NCBI GenBank assembly: GCA_000934665.2
Contig: KZ538044.1
Span: forward strand, 1 to 64,000
Direction of reading: 5' to 3'
Source: Catajapyx aquilonaris
Lineage: Eukaryota
DNA length: 64,000 nucleotides
Each line of letters opens with the position of its first letter. Within the stretch, counting starts at the first letter, position 1. Position numbers and translations under genes: made by a program. Shown here one piece after another: positions 1 to 5,912 of the stretch. The notes under the pieces were generated by a model. That model had not been told where the DNA came from. It did no database searches and worked only from the letters and a program-made list of their open reading frames with translations.

Positions 1-424
1 TATTTACTAGTTACAGAAACCGCCGCAGTAGCGCTTTCCCATGTTAAACTCGCATAGACGGTGGCGACACTGCGGAATTTTTCCATGAGGCTCCGTACTA
101 TGCCGTGGACAACTACTCATTTGCATCACCCTATATACTGTAGTTGAGCGTGGAAACATGCAAAACATTGAAAATTGGCATTCCAACTGTGTGCTCATTA
201 GTACCGTGAGGTGACAAGTCGCCTATATACCAACGTCGCGATATTTTCACATATCTGCATGGGAGGTCAATTTTGAAATGTGACATGCAGGACGTGAGGT
301 AGAAATATGTTTTGATGACATACACATGGCTCAACTTAGAGACATGACATCAGCGTTGCAAATTCCGACAGATTCTTTGTCTTCTTTTTCTCAACTAACA
401 ATTTCCTATAGTAGCCTATACATA

Positions 425-1024
425 TAGTAAAACTTCCATAAGTCGAACTTCCCTAAGTCGAAGTTCTCTATAAGTCGAAGAAAATGACGATCTTGGTTGG
501 TCACAATGTAAAATAATAGGAAATAAACTTCCCTAACTCTAATTTCTATAACTCGAATTGCTGGCATGGCCTTACGATGGGATATCAATGCATTTTCAGT
601 CTCCCTAAGTCCAAGTTCGTGTTGGCGAGTACGGAAAATTGTCTCATTTCCCACCGGAAGGGTCGAGAGTAGGTCAAGTGTGCCACATGTAGTACAGAAA
701 GGCTCAATTTCCTGATCTCCATCTACCAGACGTACCCAAAGAAGTGTTTGGCTCGATTGTGACAATTGAATCCTTGAATCTAAGAGTAGGCAAATGTCCA
801 TAACGCAGATTTTTTTAAACACCAAACCAACGAGGAACATTGTAAGTGTGATAGTGACAGTTATTTTAAAGTTTTGAACACCATTCGTCGCTGGATATAA
901 AGGTAGGAGGTTTCCTCATAGAGTTCTGTGGTTTAAAAAATCCAAACTTATCTAACTCGAATCTTCCATAACTCGAAGTTTTTTCCCCGGTCCCATGGAG
1001 ATTCGACTTATAGAAGTTTTACTA
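425..1024. mobile_element. pogo/Tigger-like non-autonomous DNA transposon (MITE), ~600 bp
   Basis: 23-bp terminal inverted repeats TAGTAAAACTTCCATAAGTCGAA (425-447) and TTCGACTTATAGAAGTTTTACTA (1002-1024), 1 mismatch. Several internal TAAGTCGAA/TAACTCGAA subterminal repeats and GGTCCC before the right end, an architecture typical of pogo/Tigger-type MITEs. No transposase ORF. Confidence 0.7.
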
Positions 1025-1130
1025 CTGGCATAGCTCCGGCAATAATAAAAAACTGATTGGCCTCATATACAGTGACGGTCGCCATACACTCCTTCTGTAA
1101 TAGAGACATAGTATGCATCAGTAATCTATA

Positions 1131-1556
1131 CAGGGTGTATCTGAACTCAGTGCCCCGACGTATATGACTGCCTTCCTAGCCACCAGAGGATCGATTTAAG
1201 TATAGGAGTCATATGTCTGGGCAGCCTCATTACTGAGATACACTCTTTAGCGATTTTTGCCTAATCGCTCCTTCTGACTTTTAAATAGAATTTTCTGGTG
1301 TAACTAGCCAAAGAGGCCTTATACCACCTGTGGGCAACAAACCAACAAAGTCCCGCCCCCAGACCTTCCAGAGCCTTCTGACTGAGGGAGGGTTCGATGG
1401 GTGGCCTAACCGACAGGATATTTTGTACTACATGTTTGCGGCCAATTATCTCCGTAATGCGGCGGCCAAACATAATGACTCCTATACTTAAATCGATCCT
1501 CTGGTGGCTAGGAAGGCAGTCATATATGTCGGGGCACTGAGTTCAGATACACCCTG
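1131..1556. mobile_element. Tc1/mariner-type MITE, 426 bp, TA target-site duplication
   Basis: TA|CAGGGTGTATCTGAACTCAGTGCCCCGAC... at 1131 and ...GTCGGGGCACTGAGTTCAGATACACCCTG|TA at 1556. Inverted repeats of about 110 bp, nearly identical over the outer ~80 bp. Confidence 0.88.
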
Positions 1557-1815
1557 TATACGGTACATGGTGATGGTGTACATGATGTTCCAATTGAAAT
1601 GCCCTGAGCGGTAAGCGATTATTTTTGTAATAAGTAGTTGCGAATGAATGCGAAAACAGAATTGAAACAACATCAACAACTAATGATTATTTTCAAAATT
1701 TACACCTGGTTAATAATTATGTGATCTCTCATGCTTAAACGAGGCTCTGCCTTATTACCTCACCAGTGCCAGTCATATATCTTACCAACTAGTGCAGATA
1801 GTTGAATTTCGTAAC

Positions 1816-1866
1816 TATAAATCCCCGAAGACATCGTAATCTGGTTAGTGTGCACACTAACCAGAT
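1816..1866 (+). promoter_or_regulatory. Putative globin core promoter: TATA box (1816-1822) plus Inr-like TTAGT (A at 1847)
   Basis: TATAAAT starts 31 nt upstream of the A of TTAGT, the canonical TATA-Inr spacing. The ATG at 2260 is directly preceded by an acceptor-like TTTTCAG (2251-2257), which implies an upstream non-coding exon. Confidence 0.5.
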
Positions 1867-2259
1867 GCGTGTAAAGAAATATAGTCTACGGTACTTTTCA
1901 AATGAACTGATGTATAAGTTACATTATGTTCACTTCTGCTTAAAATTCCTGCAACTGAAGGTATACGGAGGGAATTTATTAAAGCGCCATTTTGAGTTTT
2001 ATCTCATGTCGCAATACTATTTGTAAGTACTCGTATGTGCATAACTTTTTAATACCTCTAACAAACCATGCCCTTCATAGCATGGCTGACAAAGAAAACT
2101 GATTAATTTTATTAACACTATAGGCTTCTGCCCCCCTTTGAGTGCCGCAATGGAATAGAAAAGAACAACCCGAATGCGACAATACCCAGGGAGATTATTT
2201 TTATTGTGGGGTATTGTGTGGAGAACTGCGCACTACACTGTCGAGGAAGCTTTTCAGTC

Positions 2260-2322
2260 ATGGCATCCACGATGCACTCCAAGCGTTACTGCCTTCTTCT
2301 CTGTGTTTGGCTCTTTTCGTGG
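2260..2322 (+). CDS. Globin coding exon 1 (signal-peptide-like leader MASTMHSKRYCLLLCVWLFSW)
   Basis: ATG at 2260, 21 codons, donor TGG|GTAAGT at 2323 (phase 0). Joins in frame to the exon at 2629. Basic n-region followed by a hydrophobic core. Confidence 0.72.
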
Positions 2323-2628
2323 GTAAGTTGCACAGGTCTACTAAAATACCTTTCTGCTGTGTGCAGTGCATAATATAACACTTCATAGACATATTTTATA
2401 ATATAGCAAAACCAAATACTGTACTGTCAATATTATGTAGCTTCATATTATGTGTTACAGGGGCATTCGCTTAACAAGAGTAACTTGCTTTAGTTCAACA
2501 CAATATGTAGCTATATGAATATATGATGTACACATTACAGTATATTATTACATTGGAAAAATACTCAATAACTGTCAAAATAAAATTACCCGGTTGAAAA
2601 CATGCATACTTGCACTCTTTTGCTACAG

Positions 2629-2747
2629 GTGCACTTGGGAAGCTGTGGTGAAGGAACTCTAGATCGAAATGACATCCGTGCCGTTAGAAAAATTTGGCGC
2701 TCAATAAAAGAAATCAAGAAGAAAACTGGATCCGCTATCTTTCTAGG
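2629..2747 (+). CDS. Globin coding exon 2 (end of leader, helices A-B)
   Basis: Acceptor CTCTTTTGCTACAG|. Encodes VHLGSCGEGTLDRNDIRAVRKIWRSIKEIKKKTGSAIFL(G), with the A-helix Trp and the B-helix G-x-x-I-F motif. Ends in phase 2 at GG|GCAAGT (GC donor), the conserved globin B12.2 intron position. Confidence 0.85.
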
Positions 2748-2792
2748 GCAAGTATAATGGTGAACGGAAGACGATGACTATTTTTTGTGTTA

Positions 2793-3302
2793 CAGGGCAT
2801 TTCATAATGACTCCGGCAGAGTTCTAAGGAGAACTCCTAGGCACCAAAGAATAATTGTATTATTATGTGGACGTGACATTTAGTGCTGGCAATCCGAGAT
2901 AATTCGCATTGAACAGAATAATACTTTACGCCATCTCCTGTGTCGGAGATATAGCCTCTGATACGTCCATCATCGTCTCCTTTTACACCTAATGAGATAA
3001 CATTCAAAATGGCATGATATATTTCAATTTGAAAAGTTACACGATGTTTTACACCTTATTGTGTTGAATGAAGCCCATTATCTCGGAAAGTAGAGCCAAC
3101 TGAGAGATGTATGCCTGGTTGCACCAACAAAATTACCGGTCCGATAGCTCCTAACAGACCGATAGCACATGTTAAAAGGTCTACCTATCTGTCCATTAGG
3201 AGCTATCGGACCGGTAATTTTGTTGGTGCAACCAGGCATTAGAGATCCTTAGTCCCCGGGAGTTCCACTAGAATGTTGCAGGAATCATAATGGAAAAACC
3301 TG
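2793..3302. mobile_element. Old, degenerate Tc1/mariner-type MITE inside the globin B12.2 intron
   Basis: TA|CAGGGCATTTCATAATGACTCCGGCAGAGTTCTAAGGAGAACTCC... versus the reverse complement of the right end, TA|CAGGTTTTTCCATTATGATTCCTGCAACATTCTAGTGGAACTCC... Alignable over about 55 bp with many mismatches. TA on both flanks. Confidence 0.55.
3111..3239. mobile_element. Young foldback MITE (perfect 44-bp inverted arms), possibly PIF/Harbinger-derived
   Basis: ATGCCTGGTTGCACCAACAAAATTACCGGTCCGATAGCTCCTAA (3111-3154) is exactly inverted at 3196-3239. Spacer of about 41 nt with partial further pairing. The superfamily assignment is tentative. Confidence 0.75.
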
Positions 3303-3344
3303 TATAGTGCTGTTTCCCATTAAACAATGTCAAATATTACATAG

Positions 3345-3570
3345 GTTATTCAATAAGTATCCGACATACCAGAAATTATTTTCCCACTTTGCTGACGTCC
3401 CGACCAATGAACTGGAAAATAACGAAGGTGTTCTCGTCCATGCTAATGCTATCATGACCATGATCTCTAACTGCATGGACAAATTGGATAAGACGTCAGC
3501 TCTGAAGGCACTTCTGGTCACATTGGGTCGACAACACATTTCAAGGAAAGTTGGGGTGCAACACTTCCAG
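3345..3570 (+). CDS. Globin coding exon 3 (heme-binding core, B12-G6)
   Basis: Acceptor ATTACATAG|. Encodes LFNKYPTYQKLFSHFADVPTNELENNEGVLVHANAIMTMISNCMDKLDKTSALKALLVTLGRQHISRKVGVQHFQ, with Pro C2, Phe CD1, distal His E7 (VHA) and proximal His F8 (RQH). Donor CAG|GTAAGT at the conserved G7.0 position. Confidence 0.95.
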
Positions 3571-3673
3571 GTAAGTTACACCTGGTATAGTGGCAATATA
3601 CCGTATACGAGTATGTATCTCTCGCCATGGCGCAGCAAAAGTGAGAATAATAAATCTTTATTTCCAATCATAG

Positions 3674-3844
3674 CATTTGAAGGATGTGTTCATCGAAGTT
3701 TTGAAGACAGTAAAAGGCGTTAAGGTTACAGATAAAGATGAGAAAGCATGGAAAAATGTGTTGAATTTTATCGTTGGCTTCATCAGTGAAGGACTTACCA
3801 GCAATCAGCCCCTAATATTTGCAATCGACAAGGAAGAATCCTGA
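3674..3844 (+). CDS. Globin coding exon 4 (helices G-H, stop)
   Basis: Acceptor TTTCCAATCATAG|. Encodes HLKDVFIEVLKTVKGVKVTDKDEKAWKNVLNFIVGFISEGLTSNQPLIFAIDKEES*, with the H-helix AW motif. TGA at 3842-3844. Spliced CDS is 579 nt (192 aa). Confidence 0.92.
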   Translation, partial: HLKDVFIEVLKTVKGVKVTDKDEKAWKNVLNFIVGFISEGLTSNQPLIFAIDKEES

Positions 3845-4009
3845 AGCAAGGTAAACTAAGGGTACAAAGTGTACAATTTTCTGAAAGATTTGCCAGTAAT
3901 GTGCGCAGCAATGTGTGGAAATAGAAAATAATGGGTTCTTGTAGTGTCTATATGTATTTAAAATGTCATATATTTATGATGTAATATTATAACCTGATGT
4001 GCAGTCTTT

Positions 4010-4157
4010 TACTTCTGAGGTCCTCCTTCCGATCCCCGGCTGAAGATATGAATTTTTCATGGATCAATAGTGTCAACTGGTTCTCTCCGTGTTCGCAGAC
4101 GACTTTCTCGAGGTTCTCCAGTTTTCTTTCACTTAAATTTCAGCCATTAAAAATAAA
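4010..4157 (+). mobile_element. Decayed tRNA-derived SINE fragment downstream of the globin stop
   Basis: GAGGTCCTCCTTCCGATCCCCGGC resembles a tRNA T-arm/B-box region (GAGGTCCCGGGTTCGATCCCCGGC). GACTTTCTCGAGGTTCTCCAGTTTTC resembles the GGTTTTCTCCGGGTACTCCGGTTTCC core shared by many metazoan SINEs. Ends in an A-rich tail containing AATAAA. Confidence 0.4.
4152..4157 (+). terminator. Putative poly(A) signal of the globin gene
   Basis: First AATAAA seen downstream of the globin stop, followed by a T-rich tract near 4199-4208. Confidence 0.5.
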
Positions 4158-4202
4158 TGTCAGACTTATTTAAACAAGCAAGATTGAATCAGACAGTATT
4201 TT

Positions 4203-4208
4203 TTTATT
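4203..4208 (-). terminator. Putative poly(A) signal of the hexamerin-like gene
   Basis: TTTATT on + (AATAAA on -), about 70 nt past the stop codon at 4278. Confidence 0.7.
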
Positions 4209-4277
4209 GTCACATGAAAGGGCACATGTTCAGGTAAAACAGTGTGTGGAAAACGTTGGCTTGTCGGCAACAAGTGC

Positions 4278-5821
4278 TCAGTAGGCGGTTTCAATGTGCT
4301 TGACGACGACGTCAACGAACTTCATGTTCTGGGTCTGGAAGGCAGACTTGACGTATTGGCGGATGGGACGGTCGAAGGGGTAGCCCATGCTCCTGGCGAA
4401 GGGATAGGTGCCGTCGACCAGGCCGCACTGGGCGTAGGTGGGGATGTAGTGCTCCTCTGAGGCACTGACCACGACATCCTTCTCTTGCTGTTGCTGCTGG
4501 TAGAAGCGAGCCTGCTGCTGGTACTGCTGCTTGTAGATTGGCTGGTTCAGATACTGGTGCTTGTAGTGCTCCACGATCTCCTTCTCGGCATCGGTTACCA
4601 TGACCAGGAGGTTGAACTTGATTCCCTCTGGGGTGCCACGGGGCAGGAGGATGCTGCTGGGGATTCCGCAGCGGGGCTGGTTCTCCTGGACGTAGAAGAC
4701 TGCCTTGCCCTGCTTGGCGGCGACCACCTCCTCGATCAGCTGCTTGAAGCCCTGGCTCTCGGGGACAGTCAGGCTGGAGTCCTTGGAGGAGCGGCGGATG
4801 ACGGTCTCGCCCTGCTGGATCTCGGTGATAAACTTGTCCAGCTCGACGTAGTGCTGGCGCTGCTGGCTCAGGGGGATCTCGGCGCCATAGTGGTCGTACA
4901 CGGGGGCCAGGAATATGCGGACAAATGCCTTCTTCGCAGCGGTGGACCTGACCTTGATCACGTACTGGAAGCTCTTGTGGCGTAGGCGCTGGGTCTCCAG
5001 CTGCTGCACTGGACTGATCACGTTGTCCTCAGCAGGAACGGTGTTGGCGAGATCCACGTTGAACTTGTCCATGTAGGTAGTCAGTACGTTGCGGGTGGCC
5101 TCCTGCTCTCCAACGACCTCAACGGTCTCCACCTCAACGCCAGGGAACTCAAGCTCCTCGCGAGTGTATGGGGTCTGCTGGTTCTGGTAGCGCTGACCAA
5201 GCTGGTTGATGAGCTCGGCAATTCGGTAGTAGGCAGGCTCCCTCACAAAGGACTGGAAACCCCTGGCCTGCTGCTGCTGTTGCTGGGCATCACTGGTTGC
5301 GTAGAGAGCGTTGCGCAGGCTGCCGTAATACGAAGGATTAGGGCTGTTCTCGCAGGCCTGGACCATCTTTCCAAGAACGTCCATGCCACGGGTCTGGTCG
5401 AAGTAAACTGACTGGCCGTAAACGTCGCGGGCGTAGCCACTGTCGATGGCCTCCTGAATGCGACGCTCCCACTGCTGGATCTGCTGCACCTCCTCTGCTG
5501 GATAGCGAGTGTAACTGCCATAACCTTGCTGCTGCTGGAGCTGCTGCTGGATCTCAGTCTTCTGGACGGGGCCAATGACACCCTGACGCTCCAGCTGCTG
5601 GAGGAGCTGGGTCTGATCAACGGGGCTGACGTATCCCTGCTGCTCCCTTTCTTGTTCCTGGCGCTGGACCTGCTGGAGAAGAGAGGCCTTTTCGATGGAG
5701 TTGATTGCACCCTGCTGCTGGAGGCGCTCCAGGACCTCTGCCTTGGCAATGGGGTTGATGGCACCCAGCTGTTGCAGAACCTTGCGCACGATCTGTTCCT
5801 TCTGGACGGAACCACCAAAAC

Positions 5822-5912
<91 letters not shown>

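Noticed and set aside
1..135. Possible right end of a mariner-type element (CACCCTATA) at the window start
   Set aside because: The partner TIR would lie outside the window, so it cannot be supported.
3307..3723. 138-aa ORF taken as the complete globin
   Set aside because: It starts in intron sequence and reads through the G7.0 intron. The spliced 4-exon model restores helices A, B, G and H.
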